Shown here one piece after another: positions 1 to 14,926 of a DNA stretch of 64,000 bases (positions within the stretch are counted from its first letter, which is position 1; each line of letters begins with the position of its first letter). This DNA comes from the human T2T-CHM13v2.0 reference genome, Homo sapiens. Position numbers and translations under genes: made by a program. The DNA is taken from the NCBI RefSeq assembly GCF_009914755.1, contig NC_060930.1; one strand, given 5' to 3'. The notes under the pieces were generated by a model that was given only the letters and a program-made list of their open reading frames with translations, was not told the origin of the DNA and made no database searches.

Positions 1-69
1 TTCACCAATGTTATCCATCCACATGCACACACATATATGGATATCTAGAAAGGGAGTTCGTTGTTTTTC

Positions 70-520
70 TAATAAATAGGATTACATTGTATACATTACT
101 TAGCAACATGCCTGTTTCAATTAGTAGTAGCTCATCACAGACACTTTTCTAGGATAATTTTTAACAGCTGCATAGTTACATTCCATAAGTGAAGAATCAC
201 ATTTCATTAAACCAATCCTCTATTGACAAACAGGTAGACATCTCCTAATTTTTAAAAATTCTACAATCATGCCACATTAGCCACCAGTGGTCATCCTAAT
301 GGTTTTAGAAAGAGCTTTTTATACATTAAGAAAACTTGCCTTTTATCCGTCCTATGTTTTGTAATTTTTTTTCTTGATTTGTTGTCTTTTGATTTTAGTC
401 ATGTTTTGGGTTATACTAATTTTCATTTGATAAAAATTTTCAATTTTTCCCCATATGTGTTCTGGGTTCTGTACCCTATTTAGAAAGCTTTCTCCTCTCA
501 CCTAAGATTATGTTTAAAAG
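70..520 (-). mobile_element. Old L1 (L1M/L1ME) fragment
   Basis: Degenerate L1M 3'-end motifs (tttttaacagctgcatag, aaccaatcctctattga). Confidence 0.45.
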
Positions 521-713
521 ACCCTGAAAATCTGTACAATAACTTATTTTTTCCTAATTAGGTTCAGGAGAGAAAGTTATAGTAGTATATACAGTATGTA
601 AAGTTTACTGTTTTAAGCTATAAATATTTTTGTTTTTCACATCAGATAACACATTGTATTAGGCTCACCTCTACAATATCTTAGCTAATTATTGCTATCA
701 AATATTAAACCAC

Positions 714-1321
714 CGAAGATCCTCAAATAAGGTCTTTTCAATGTCCTTTACTTATAACATCGATAAAAAAAAAAACACAAAAAACTTGATTCCAGGCTGG
801 GGCCACTGCCTGTACTGAGTTTGCATGTTGTCTCATGTCTGCATGGGTTTTGAGTACACCAGCTTTTCTCCCACATCTCAAAGCTGTGCATGTTAGGTGA
901 ATTGGCATGTCTACATGGTCCTAGTCTGAATGAATGAATGAATATGTATGTATGAATGCACCCCGCGCTGGGATGGCGTACTGGCCAGAGCTGGTTCACA
1001 CCTGGCACCCTGAGCTGCCAAGGTAGGCTCTGGCAACCAGCAACCTTGAACTGGAATAACTGGGTAAATAATTATCTGTTTTTTTTTTAATTAATCTTTC
1101 TTAAATGTTAAGTATAGCTCATATGTACTTCAATGTTTAATATTAGAAATGCTTTGATCTTTAGAAGTTTGGTGATGTTTTTGTGACCATGAATGTGCTG
1201 CAGAAACTTAACCCTTGTTTATAACAATTAGCCAAGGGTAAAACTGGTTTGGTTATATGTCATTTTGCTTAAAGCTGCAGTTTCAAAGAACCTGCTGATG
1301 ACATTAAGTGAGGACTTACTG
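714..1321 (-). mobile_element. MER6A (Tigger-family non-autonomous element)
   Basis: Reverse complement begins cagtaagtcctcacttaatgtc, and the body matches the recalled MER6A consensus over about 600 bp. Confidence 0.8.
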
Positions 1322-1589
1322 TATTCTGAAGTTAATTTTCACTTTGGCATTTCTTTCTCTTTTCCCATCTTACTGCAAAATTTCACTGATTTATTTTTTC
1401 TTTATAGAGATTTAGTGTTTTCATCAATATTTCTCCATAAAGAGAAGGGAAAATCATTGCATTTAAACAACAGAGAACATTTTATCCAGAGGAGTTTTGA
1501 CAATAGAGAGACTAAAGGTAAATTAGGGAATGGGTCAGATAATCATTAAGCAGCATTTATGCACTTACAGAATTTTCAGGTGTTATCTT

Positions 1590-1720
1590 GGGCATGTCCC
1601 TTCAAGTCTTTGACAGCAATTTCCTGATCTATAAAACAAAGTACCACTTACCTACCCCACCTTATAGAGTTTTAGTGGGATCAAATGGAATAATACACAT
1701 GAAAATGCTTTGAAACTACA
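1590..1720 (+). mobile_element. MIR
   Basis: MIR core: caatttcctgatctataaaa...atcaaatggaataatacacatgaaaatgct. Confidence 0.6.
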
Positions 1721-2759
1721 GGGATTAGTCCAGCAAAACATTTTTATCTTTTTGGATTAAGCAACTGACATTTAGCTAACCAAAAGAGATCTGTTTTTGT
1801 TTTTTTTTCCCTTCAATTTTAGACATCTACTCAAAAAAAAAAAATTCACCAAATGTTCACTTGGAGATAGAATTGTAACACAAGTAGTAATGAAACAATG
1901 TAAGGTATTCCCAAAATTTAAAAGTGTAACAAATTGCTACTGTTAACAGCCAACTTTCTTAAAGCAATGTAATTGCTACACAACTACCAAATATGTAGTA
2001 TTTTAAGAAAGCTCTTACATGTCATACGTCTTCTAGAAAAAGGTAATAAAAGTATTTCTAATAGTAAGAGACAGCCACAGACATCAATGACACATTATAC
2101 AACTTAGTAAGAAAAGCTAGGAAAATCTTGTCTGGTGATTTTTTTTTTTTTCCTCAAAGGAATATCTTGCAGGTGGCTAAGTAATCAACTATGAGTTCTT
2201 ACAGAATCATCATTTAAAAAATCCATACACTTTTGAATATCCACATGCACAGGAAATTAATAAAAGTTGTTCTCTTTATTCCATCATAAGAGGACTTTTA
2301 CCACAATCTTCATTTTAGAATGATTTTCAAAAGACTACCATAGAAATCTTTCTTCTGCCAAAACTTGTTCATTACGACAACTACTTTACTATGGACAATA
2401 TATAAGGTTTGTAAAGGACATCATGATATTTGGAGTTGCTGATCCAATCACCAGTGAACCCACTGGTAAAATGAAATAGAAAATTTAAAGCTTAATTCCA
2501 AGAGGTAAAAACTTGATAACACAGGAATTTATTTTACTTGGTAGTTTAAAGATACATTGATTAAATTTTAATTTAATTAAACATTACTTTCACGTAGTAT
2601 CCTTTTATATGTAAAATGGTTTAAGTTTCCTTCTCTTTAGAATGACTTGTAAACAAATAAGGCAATGCATATAACCAATGTTAAACTTCTAGCCCTTCAT
2701 ACTTATTGGTAATCCACATTAAAAAAATAAACAGGCACCTTCTTTAAATGAGGACACTA

Positions 2760-2930
2760 CAAGTAAGAGTTGTTTATGTAATTCAATTAATCACCACAAC
2801 AACCTCGTAGATGGTAGGATATTACTGTTTAGCAAAGGAAACTGGGTCTCTACAAGGTTAAGTGACTTGCTCCAGTTATTAAGTGGCAAGGGTGGGTGGG
2901 TTTCCACACCAGGTCTGACTAGTTTAACAA
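2760..2930 (-). mobile_element. MIR
   Basis: aatcaccacaacaacc...ggaaactgggtc...aaggttaagtgacttgc. Confidence 0.6.
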
Positions 2931-3624
2931 TGTGTGCTCTGCTTTTTTCAGATACTACAGGATGTCATTTTTCATATAAATACTTCTATATAGGTTAGCA
3001 GTTAAATTAGCCAATTTCCTGAGCCAAGGAGAGCAAAGGAAATTTATTAGCACTGAAAATTGAGATATCACCAATCTATATTTATTTGAAACAACACGGC
3101 ATTAAAAAAACCCAATATGTACAAAACTGACTCATAATATACTTTTTTCTTTAAAAGTCCCCAGTGAAAACATGTTATAAAAAGACAATAAAAGAAAAAC
3201 AATGCTGACATGTTGTAACAAAGAAAAAGAAGTCCAATTTTTTAATACCCCCGAAGCAAATTCTAAATGTATTATCAGCAGGTCAACAACAGTTACAAGC
3301 CCAGTGCTTTAGCATTATCTGAAAAAATTTCTGAGCATAAAATAAATTTTTCTATTTTTTTAGGCTCCAATCTTTAATGACAATATTCTCTCTTTCAATA
3401 TGTAATTTTTATTAGATAATAAAATGTTTCAAAATATTAAAAAGCATAAAAAAGTAACCACAAATTTTACTTCCAATTCCTGCCCCATCCACACTTTTCC
3501 TATTCCCTCTCCACAGATAACCACTGTTACTTGTTTCTTCAATCGCATTTTAAAGTTAATTTTTGCATATACTGACAAATATGAATAGATATCTTCCTCA
3601 TGTTACCTAATACTAGCAAACTAA

Positions 3625-3955
<331 letters not shown>

Positions 3956-3974
3956 TCAGAGACCTATTTTCCAA

Positions 3975-4350
3975 AACTTTATTTTTAATGAAAAATGTCA
4001 AATATATGAAAAAGTAACAGCAAGAGTGAGATAAACACTTAAATTTACTCATATACCCACCACTTAGATTTAACAAATATTAGTAATTATTTTGTTGTAG
4101 TGCCTTCACCTATCTATATAAAGCATAATATTCTTTCTCCATATTAATATACTTTTGGGAAATTATTTTGAAGAAGTCACAGATATCAATTCACTAAATA
4201 TTTTACTATGCATCTCCAAAGAGTAGGGAAATCCTCCTTTATGACCACAATACCATATGGCAACAAAGAACATTACAAAGAACAATAATTTCCTCAAATG
4301 ACCTAGTATGTTGTCCATATTCAAACTTCCCCAACTGACTTCAAAATGTG
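3975..4350 (-). mobile_element. L1MC-like 3' end fragment
   Basis: gtccatattcaaacttcccc, accacaatacca and atacccaccacttagatt motifs. Confidence 0.55.
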
Positions 4351-4470
4351 AAGAGCCATATTTTCCAGAGTTCATTTTTGCTACAGTACTGTTAGCATAA
4401 GATAAATATTATATTTTGGCTAATATAAAACGTATTACGGATAATACTTTTTAGCTAATAAACACCCTGA

Positions 4471-4980
<510 letters not shown>

Positions 4981-5139
4981 TGAAATCCTGGGCAGTGTTT
5001 GGGAGTGAGGAGGAGAAAAATCCAGCTTCTCTGGTGGCAGAATCTCTCTTCTCCTTGCCCCATAATCTCTCTCCTTCCTGACCTTGCCACTGGGATTCCA
5101 TTTGGTACTCCCATTTTGTTATTCAAAAGGGAAGGGAAA

Positions 5140-5252
5140 TTTGTTGTACTGATGGTTGCACAACTCTGTGAATATACTCAAAACTACTGAATTGAACCTT
5201 TTAAGTGGATGAATTGTATGGTATGTGAATTATATCTCAAAGTGGTTTAAAA
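5140..5252 (+). mobile_element. L1M 3' terminal fragment
   Basis: gatggttgcacaactctgtgaatatact...gtatgtgaattatatctcaa. Confidence 0.75.
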
Positions 5253-5286
5253 AGGGGGGAAGGGAAGAAATAAGAAACAGGAAAAG

Positions 5287-5329
5287 AATATTTTAGAATG
5301 AATATTTAGAATATTCATTCTAAAATATT
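5287..5329. repeat. Perfect 20-bp inverted repeat with 3-nt spacer
   Basis: aatattttagaatgaatatt-tag-aatattcattctaaaatatt. Confidence 0.95.
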
Positions 5330-7049
5330 TTGTGAACAAAATTAGTTCCCTATAGTGGAATTTAAAAATTTTCTGTTTTTGTATTTACTGAAATAAGTCT
5401 AATAATTAAACTAAATAAACTAAAGCTCCTACTCATTCTACTATTTTGGTTATATAACCATATTACAAGTGATATTTTTCTTAATGTAAGCATAGCCTAT
5501 GCAGTTTATAAAACAATCAGGAATAATTTTTTTGCTTATAAAACAAATCAAATAATTCTTTTAGCAGAAACCAAACACCACCAAATCTCATAAGTTTAAA
5601 GTTATTTGACTTAAAAAAAAGTAACCTTACATTTCATAGGTGGCACTGAAAACTGGCACAACTATTCTGCAGGGATGTTTGGAAAAATGTATCAAATGTA
5701 TTAATATTCATACTTACTAACTGAATTCATTTCTAGAAATTTGCCCTAAAAATTATAATTTTATCCCCAATAAAACTTATATTCCCAAGTAAAAATGGTT
5801 TATACATTATAGTACTAATTATACTATTATAAAACTGAAAAGAGTTTGGATATCTAAAAACGGGAGACAGGTTAAAAATTATGGCCTATTTAGGAGATCT
5901 GATATTATGCAGCTACTAAAGGTCAGAGAATGCTTAATGACAGAAAATTATTGAGGATATTTTAAAAATGGAGGGACTTCTGGCCTCTAGTAATGGTGAA
6001 GAAAATTGGTTACCAAATACTCCAGTAATAGCAATTATAAAATCTGGGCATTATATATATATATTATAAAACTCAACTATTTAAAGGCATTAGAAAGTGA
6101 CCAAAAAGCAGGCACAAACTAACAGAGCATTAACCATTGAAAGACACCAACAGCAATTAGTAAGAATTTGAGTTAAAGGCTTTTTAAAAAAATCTGATTT
6201 TAAAAAATTGCAGTTATATTTTAAGATGGCACAGGACAGAGTTAAAGGCTGGCAGGGTAGCTGAAAGATCAGGGTGGAATCCTGGAAACAAGTAAGCCAT
6301 AGAAGAGGTGGGACCAAAACACTGGGTATAATCTCTGCTGAAATCCCTGGATGACCACTAAATAAGACATGCTATAAGGGAGACACTGGGGATCACCAAA
6401 ATAGCTGAGAGAAACCAGAGGGATAGCTACCTTTGAAAGAAAGACTGCACTAGACAAGATTTCATGTTTGCTACTTTTATAGACTGAGTACTCCTGAATC
6501 CATGCTCTACTCAGGATACAGGAAGCGAAATCCTTACTGAAGTGTCAGAAGACAGAGCTTAGCAATGTCTACAAAATTTGCCAAAATCCTTGACTGAATG
6601 CTAAATTGCACAGGTACGGAGAAGATCCCCAGGGTGCCAGGTTAAAAACCAACAGCTGGAAATGGAAAGAACTGAGCAGAAATACCAGCTGTCACACTTG
6701 GCAGGGGACACAGTTTATGGTTTGAATCCAAGAGAGTTAATGGCTAGGTAAACAATAACAAAATAATTCTCAGAAGAACGTAATATATCAAAAGCTACTT
6801 AACATATCTAAAATATCCAGTTTTTAACACAAAGTTACCAGACATATAAAGAAATAGGAAAACGTGACCCATGCTCAGGAAGAACAACAATGAACAGAAA
6901 TGGACTCTGAGTGGGTCTAGATGCTGGATTTAGCAATGACTTCAAAGCAACTATTTAAATACATTCAAAGAATTCAAAGAAAATGTGCTAAATAAATGGG
7001 CAGAAGAAACAGTAAACTTGAAGATATCACTAAAAATAATTGTATCTGG

Positions 7050-7358
7050 GGCCGGGTGCAGTGGCTCATGCCTGTAATCCCAGCACTCTGGGAGGCCGAG
7101 GTGGACAGATCACAAGGTCAGGAGTTCAAGACCAGCCTGCTCAACATGGTGAAATCCCGTCTCTACTAAAAATACAAAAATTAGCCGGGCATGGTGGTGC
7201 ATGCCTGTAATCCTAGCTACTCAGGAGGCTGAGGCAGGAGAACTGCTTGAACCCGGGAGGCAGAGGTTGCAGGGAGGCAGAGGTTGCAGTGAGCCAAGAT
7301 TGCGCCACTACACTCCAGCCTGGGCAACAGAGCGAGACTCTGTCTCAATAAAAAAAAA
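7050..7358 (+). mobile_element. AluSg-like, with a 17-bp internal tandem duplication (7255-7288)
   Basis: gatcacaaggtcaggagttc; gggaggcagaggttgca occurs twice; TSD aattgtatctg. Confidence 0.93.
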
Positions 7359-7456
7359 ATTGTATCTGAAGAATATTCAGAAAAGATTAAATATAAATGA
7401 ACAGAGCTTTGGAGACTTGTGAAATAACATTTAGGGGTCAAAGAAAAGTATAACTG

Positions 7457-7665
7457 GAGCCAGGTGCAGTGGCTCACACCTGTAGTCTCAGCTACTTGGG
7501 AGGTTGAGGTGGGAGGATCACTTGATCTTGGGAGTTTGAGGCTGAAATGAAGTGCCATTGAACTCTAGCCTGAGTGACAGAGTGAAACCTTGTCTCTTAG
7601 AGAGAGAGACAGAGAGAGAAAGAGAAGGAGGAGGAGAAGGAGGAGAAGGAAGAGGAGGAGGAGAA
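7457..7665 (+). mobile_element. Alu monomer (FRAM/FAM-like) followed by a (GA)n/(GGA)n purine tract
   Basis: Single right-arm-like monomer ending ccttgtctc, then a purine-rich tract at about 7599-7665. Confidence 0.8.
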
Positions 7666-8479
7666 AGGGTAGAAAAAATATCTGAAGAGGTACTGGCTAA
7701 AAACTCCAGATTTTGTGAAAGCCATGAATTTACCAATATTAAAAAACCAGCAAACACAAGCAGGATAACTATAACAAGAACCACCCTAGCTATGGACATC
7801 AAACTCAAACTTCTGATAGCCAAAGATAATGAGAAAATCTTGAAAGTACCCAGAAAATAAATAACACATTACATACATGGAAACAATGACAAGATTAATG
7901 GCTGACTTCTCAGAAACAATGAACAGCCATAAGACGCAAGAATGGCATCTTCAAAATTTGATAAAAAATCTGAAAACCAATAACCCTTCTTTATATATTT
8001 TTTAAACAACAATATATCTGATGAAACTTTTCTTCAAAAGTGAAAGGGAAGTATTTTTGGATTGGCAAAAAATGAGATAATTTGTCACCAGCAAACCTGC
8101 TGTAAAAGAAATACTAGAAGAACATATTTAGGTTGCAGGGAATAGCTACAGAGGAAAAAACTAAAGGCATTGAAAATGGCAAATTATGTAGGTAGATATA
8201 AAGTACATCTGTCTGCCTATCCATGCATCTATCTGAATTGTTTCGCAAAAGGTAAGATGGTTAAAAAGATCTCTACCATTTTAAAGTTCCTATAATTTAC
8301 TTGAAATACAATACTAACTCTAAGTAAATTGTAATCCCTAGAGCAGCCATGAGAAAAGAAACTAATATGAAGACAGACAACTAACATGTCTAAAGAGGAC
8401 TCAAAATGAATACTAAAAATATTTGATTGCCATAACACACATACACAAAGCACAGGAAAGGAGTGAAAGGAACAGCAGG

Positions 8480-8800
8480 CAGCATGAGCTTCATCCATGC
8501 ATCAGTGCCCCTTGCCTTTCACGTTTACACAAGGGTGACGCACAGCAGCCTGGGTGGACGCTGCACATGACACTGGCTTGTGTTACAGCCGAGGGAACCC
8601 TAATCTTTAAAAGGTGCTGCTAGGAAACATGCCCAATCTTTGTTCCAGAAGGAAACATCATTATTGTGGACAGCAAACAAACTAAAAACAAATGAAATCA
8701 AACAAACAAAAAACTGCCCATTGTCCTAAAAGATGATATTTTAGACACATCTTCCCAGGCTGTTCAATAAACATCCTTGAAAAAGACAGTAGGGAATAAA
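8480..8800. mobile_element. Probable ERV LTR fragment (family uncertain)
   Basis: ggaaccctaatcttt...aaacatgcccaatctttg...aaacatccttgaaaaga resembles MER-type ERV1 LTRs. Confidence 0.4.
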
Positions 8801-8809
8801 AATTGATAT

Positions 8810-9655
<846 letters not shown>

Positions 9656-9691
9656 AAGCAAAAACGAATGGAACGGAAGTATACAATTTCA

Positions 9692-9980
9692 TTGTTTTGT
9701 TTGTTTTTGAGACATGGTCTCAGTCTATTGCCCAAGCTAAGTGCAGTGGTGTAATAATGGCTCATTGCAGCCTTGACCTCAAACAATTCTCCTGCCTCAG
9801 CCTCTCCAGTAGCTGAGACCACAGGTGCACACCACCATGAGCAGCTATTTTTAAATGTTTTATAGAGATGAGGTGTCACTACATAGCCCAGGATAGTCTT
9901 GAACTCCTAGACTCAAGCTATCTTCCTGCCTTGGCCTCCTGAAGTGCTGTGATTACAGGCATGTGTCATTGCACTTGGCC
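9692..9980 (-). mobile_element. AluJ
   Basis: Diverged dimer with J-type motifs. Confidence 0.9.
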
Positions 9981-11479
9981 TGTTTTTTAAAAATGAGAAT
10001 TGAGTGATGCATATGTTAACATCGGATTGAAATTTCGAGTGATTATTTTTTCCCATGAAAATTTTTCTATAATCAGAAAAAAGAAACTGTTTTATAAAGT
10101 GAATTTAACAAAAAGTTTTACTCACTAAAATTTTAAGAGAATGCACTATATATAGAGAAATACATCTGCAATAATATTTCATTGCTCTGTTCATTGAAAT
10201 GCTTAGGAAACCAAAACTTTTTAAAAAATATGAAAGTATTTACTGGAGAGAAAAAGAGACAAGAAACAAAACATTTTATATCCTAGTTCTTAGTTTAACA
10301 TATTCAACTAAAAGTTAAACAATGTTGAAATTTATTAGACTTGTGAAAGGGATATGGTTCAGAGAGACCCCTGTAATACAGTTTTGTAGTAATTACTTAT
10401 TGATTGTTCACCAGCATATTTATTCCTCAATAACTTAACTGAAGAAAGTTTTACCTTTAGTTTAAGAGCAAAGAATGTGATTAACTTCACTCCAACCCTA
10501 GTGGTATTTCATGTGTTTATAATGAATCCGAAGCTTTGGGTAACACAAATGATCATAATGCAAATATCATGACATTGTGGTATTATTGACTTAGGGTTTT
10601 CTTTAATAATATATAGTGATAATTTTCAAAAATCTTAATAATTCTTTCACCAAATTTTTCACTGAGAAACTCAACCATCTAGACTTGCCATTCAAATATA
10701 CATAATGGAATACGTTATTAGAACACAAAAGACCCTTGTAATTCAGAAAAAGAATTCTATGACTATACATCCTAAATTTTTATCACAAAATAGCTCAGAC
10801 TCTTTTAGAAAACTATTTTTTTTAAAGAAAAACCCCTAATTTCTTAGCCACAATGATATGAAATTCAGAATAAATCTGAAGAACTTAAAAAAACAAATTT
10901 GGAAGGAAATGTTAGAATTTTTCTAAATAAAGATACAAATTATGTACCTATCCATAAATGAAAATAAATAGTTATAATTATAGTATGTCAATCTTATACT
11001 TTTTAAAAAATGACAAAATATAGGCATAAAAAGTGTGGGCCCTTATATAGCGGCCCATTGCAAAACTTCATATGTGTAACTCTGTGTGACCCTCCCTTGT
11101 TCTCACTACTTGGCCTCCCAGCGTTCAATTCTCTCATTGAGGGCAAACAGAAGCCTGCTTTTTTATTTTTATTAAAAAGAAGCATAAACACAGCAATAAT
11201 GCTAATTTTCTGCAGTGGGTACTTTTTAAGATTTCATATAACACACCACAGAGTATTCTCATTAGTAACTAGTATACACGTGTAATAAATGACTTACCTC
11301 AAATTATTTTCAAATATATTTGAGGCAAGAACTTTATTACTAGGGTAATGATATTAAGATGACTATTTTGAAGGACATATAACAACAATTATCAGAATCA
11401 GTGACTATCAAACTGTGTTCTGAGACAAAAAAAAAAAACAAAAAATGCAGATCAGAAATACTAATAATTGTTTTGGATA

Positions 11480-11715
11480 AAAGAGGTTCCATGGTGAAAA
11501 AAGTTTGGGAAGCAGTGTTATAATAAAGCTCCATCCCAGAGATGAGCAATGTACATTGCACATTAGCCAGTTAATAGTTCTGAGAAGTTTACAGTAATGA
11601 AACCTTTTAAATCCAGTGTTGACAAACTTATTTATCTATAGAGCTGTTTTCTTTTCATAGATCATCAATTAATATTTCATGGACATAATATTCTGGGTAA
11701 TGCAATTTGGGAAAT
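11480..11715. mobile_element. hAT-Charlie-type MITE relic
   Basis: ggttccatggt...aagtttgggaa...tctgagaagtttacagtaatgaaacc. Confidence 0.45.
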
Positions 11716-12699
11716 ATTACTTATCTATAAATTGTTATGTTAGCTTAAATATGTAGGTATATATTTCACAAATGCAGTTGAGCTTCAAGCATTTTTGACT
11801 GAAAATCAATGGCATCCACTTATGTCCTCTGAGTGTAAATACTTTAACAATACTAGCACAGAACATTTCATTTTTCATGAACCTTTCTCTTGGTTTCCTA
11901 CAGTGCTAATCCCTCTGTCATGTTTTCAACTCAGGCAATCCCCTCTTCTCTGTTTTAAAAATAAAGAAAACAAACAGATAAAGATATGTACATATATCTG
12001 CCCGTTCTGACTTCAGTTTTTTGGCAACTGGACTCATTCTAAGCTGTAGCAATTGTGAACCTGAACCCATTTTACACGACATTCTCTTCTTCAAATTAAA
12101 GGAAGATTCTTTTTTTAAAGTTATTTTTGACTATCTGAAACAAGTGAACAGAACTAAAAAATACAAACTTGCTAGCTGTGTCAAATACCTGCTCTTTCTC
12201 ACAAGTCAGGCCTTTGTTTTGGTAGCAGTTTCTAGTCAAATGATCTGATGACAGATGATCTCAAATGAAATCTTTACTGCTTGATGGTGAAACCAATTCC
12301 AGGAGACCAACCAGAGTTTAATACTATACCCAACATTTCAAGGGCCTATCCAGCTAGGAACCTGCATTGCAGGCTTGTGTTTTTGGGAAAAGGTAAACAA
12401 ATATCAAAGAGGTAAAACATGACAATCTAAAACGATCGCTCCTGATAGCTGGCATGATTTGGTCATAATGCTTTATGGCTCTTGAGACAGGGATGAGCAG
12501 GAACCTGAATTAATTAAACACAAACACGACCATGTCCTCCTCAGGACCTTGAGTGCTTCCCACTGATGCCAAGACAAACCTGAGACCCCACCACAGAGTC
12601 TGTCAGTGTTCGCTCTCCAGCCTGCTGCTCTCTGCCCCAGGGGGCTTTGCCATCCTTCAGCCTCTTGGCCTTGTCCTGTTCCTTTTCAATACAGAGTTT

Positions 12700-12960
12700 T
12701 GACACTCCACATGCTCTGCTGCCTGGACCATCCACTCTCTTCTCTTCCCCTAGCTCTCATCTACACATCCCCTTGATCCCAGCTCAAAAATGACTTCTTC
12801 ACATCCTGCAATTCGAAATGTTTTTGTGATTAACTAATGTTTGTCTCTTCCCTAGACTATAAACTCTGTGAGAGTCACCAAGAAAACGTTTACCACTTAT
12901 CTCCTGCACCTGGTCCAGGATCTAGGAGAAGGGTGTTCACCTGATATTTCCTGAATATGA
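12700..12960 (+). mobile_element. L2 3' fragment
   Basis: tttgtctcttccctagactataaactc. Confidence 0.55.
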
Positions 12961-13414
12961 ACATTTTTTTGTTTTAGGGGGAAAAAACCCCAAGTGAACA
13001 TATTACTTTTTAATTCTCCCAAGAGCTTTCATTTTCTTGCCTTCAACACAGTTATGTATTAATGGAACTTTGTGGAGTCCCTCAACTCCATAGTATAGCT
13101 TATACTGGCAATGGGAAACCAAGTGTTATGAGAAGGAGGTGGTGATTACTTTTCCAAAGTGGGGAAGGGACAAGGATGAGAGAAAGAGATGATGACATCT
13201 TTCACAGATGAGATGACACAACTGAACCTTTAAAAATAGCAGGGTTTTGCTGGAGGTAAAGTCCTTCAAAGGGGCTACATGTGGATGAACATAGGGTTAC
13301 AGAGTGCAGTGCCTACTTAAAGACAAGCCCTGAAGCTTTTGGAAAACTATTAAAGATTCTTGATTAAAGGGAAAAAGTATGAAAAGCAGAGTGCTAATAT
13401 GTTTTGAGACAATG

Positions 13415-13752
13415 AATCTTGAATTATAATCACCATAATCCCCACGTCTCAAGGGTGGGTCCAGGCGGAGGTCACTGGATCATGGGGCAGTTTCCCCCAT
13501 GCTGTTCTTGTGATAGTGAGTCTCATGAGATCTGATGGTTTTATAAGCATCTGGCATTTCCTCTGCTGCCACTCACTCCGTCCTGCCGCCCTGTGAAGAA
13601 GGTGCCTGCTTCTCCTTTGCCTTCCACCATGATTTTAAGTTTCCTGAGGCCTCCCCAGCAATGCGGAACTGTGAGTCAATTAAATCTCTTTCCTTTATAA
13701 ATTCCCCAGTCTTGGGTTTTTCTTCATAGCGGTGTGAGAACAGACTAATACA
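13415..13752 (+). mobile_element. THE1 (THE1D-like) MaLR solo LTR
   Basis: ggatcatggggcagtttcccccatgctgttc...catctggcatttc...gaacagactaataca. Confidence 0.88.
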
Positions 13753-14301
13753 ATTACTGAGGAGCTTTCATCTAGAGAAGCCTCCTCAAGGCTGGAGGCT
13801 TGAGGAGTCAGGACAAGGTGGAGGGAAGAGCAAAGGTCTCCTCATTCCCTGAGGGCCTGGCCAAGGCACTGAAGGAAGGATGAAGCCCCTGGACTGGGGG
13901 GAAATGCTTTCACTCTTACCACTGAGGCTCTCACTGAATATAGTTTCACGTTTGATCACATGATCACAAAGACGGGGAGAAGACAGAAGAGCAGTGGAGT
14001 CAAAAAGATGGCATAAAGGAAGGAGAATCAGTTCTAACAAAACATGTTTAAAAGAATTCAGGTTCTATAATCCTAGCTTTCACATCCAGGCAAGAAAGGT
14101 GCTATGTATATAGTTGCCACTTTTAACTCTTTAGAGAAAGATTTTGAACTTTACATTTATTTTTTATCTTTAAATAGTGAGAATAAGCTTAATGAAAGGT
14201 GGTTGTATATATCAAACCCTAGGATTACTGGTGAAATATAGTTCTGGTAGGTACGTAGAATTCAACCTGACCCATGGAAAACTTTTAAAAATAACACTGG
14301 A

Positions 14302-14620
<319 letters not shown>

Positions 14621-14648
14621 TTAATGATCAATATACTACAAATAGACA

Positions 14649-14694
14649 GAGTGATAGCCTACAATGCCAATGAGTGATAGCCTACAATGCCAAT
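14649..14694. repeat. Perfect 23-bp tandem duplication
   Basis: gagtgatagcctacaatgccaat twice. Confidence 0.95.
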
Positions 14695-14882
14695 AAAATA
14701 CTAAGATAATTTTATCTTCCCTGCCTTTGCCCTGAGTATTGGGAAGTTTAAAAGCATAAAATTATTTCTTTCGGTTCCAATAGTTCCAAACTATTTCAAA
14801 AGGAAATTCAAATTATAAAATTGGATATTCATGCTTGTACCAGATTAGATTAAATCAAATTAATGAGATTTCATATATACAC

Positions 14883-14889
<7 letters not shown>

Positions 14890-14923
<34 letters not shown>
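14890..14923. repeat. (TG)n microsatellite
   Basis: About 16 perfect TG units. Confidence 0.95.

Positions 14924-14926
<3 letters not shown>

Larger units (their letters stand above)
5970..8470 (+). mobile_element. Old L1M 5' UTR/ORF1 region interrupted by Alus
   Basis: ORF1-type motifs (gacttcaaagcaactatt, gctgacttctcagaaacaatg, atttgtcaccagcaaacctg). Confidence 0.65.

Noticed and set aside
7599-7665. Purine-rich tract giving an E/G/R-rich ORF
   Set aside because: Low-complexity expansion of an Alu monomer tail.
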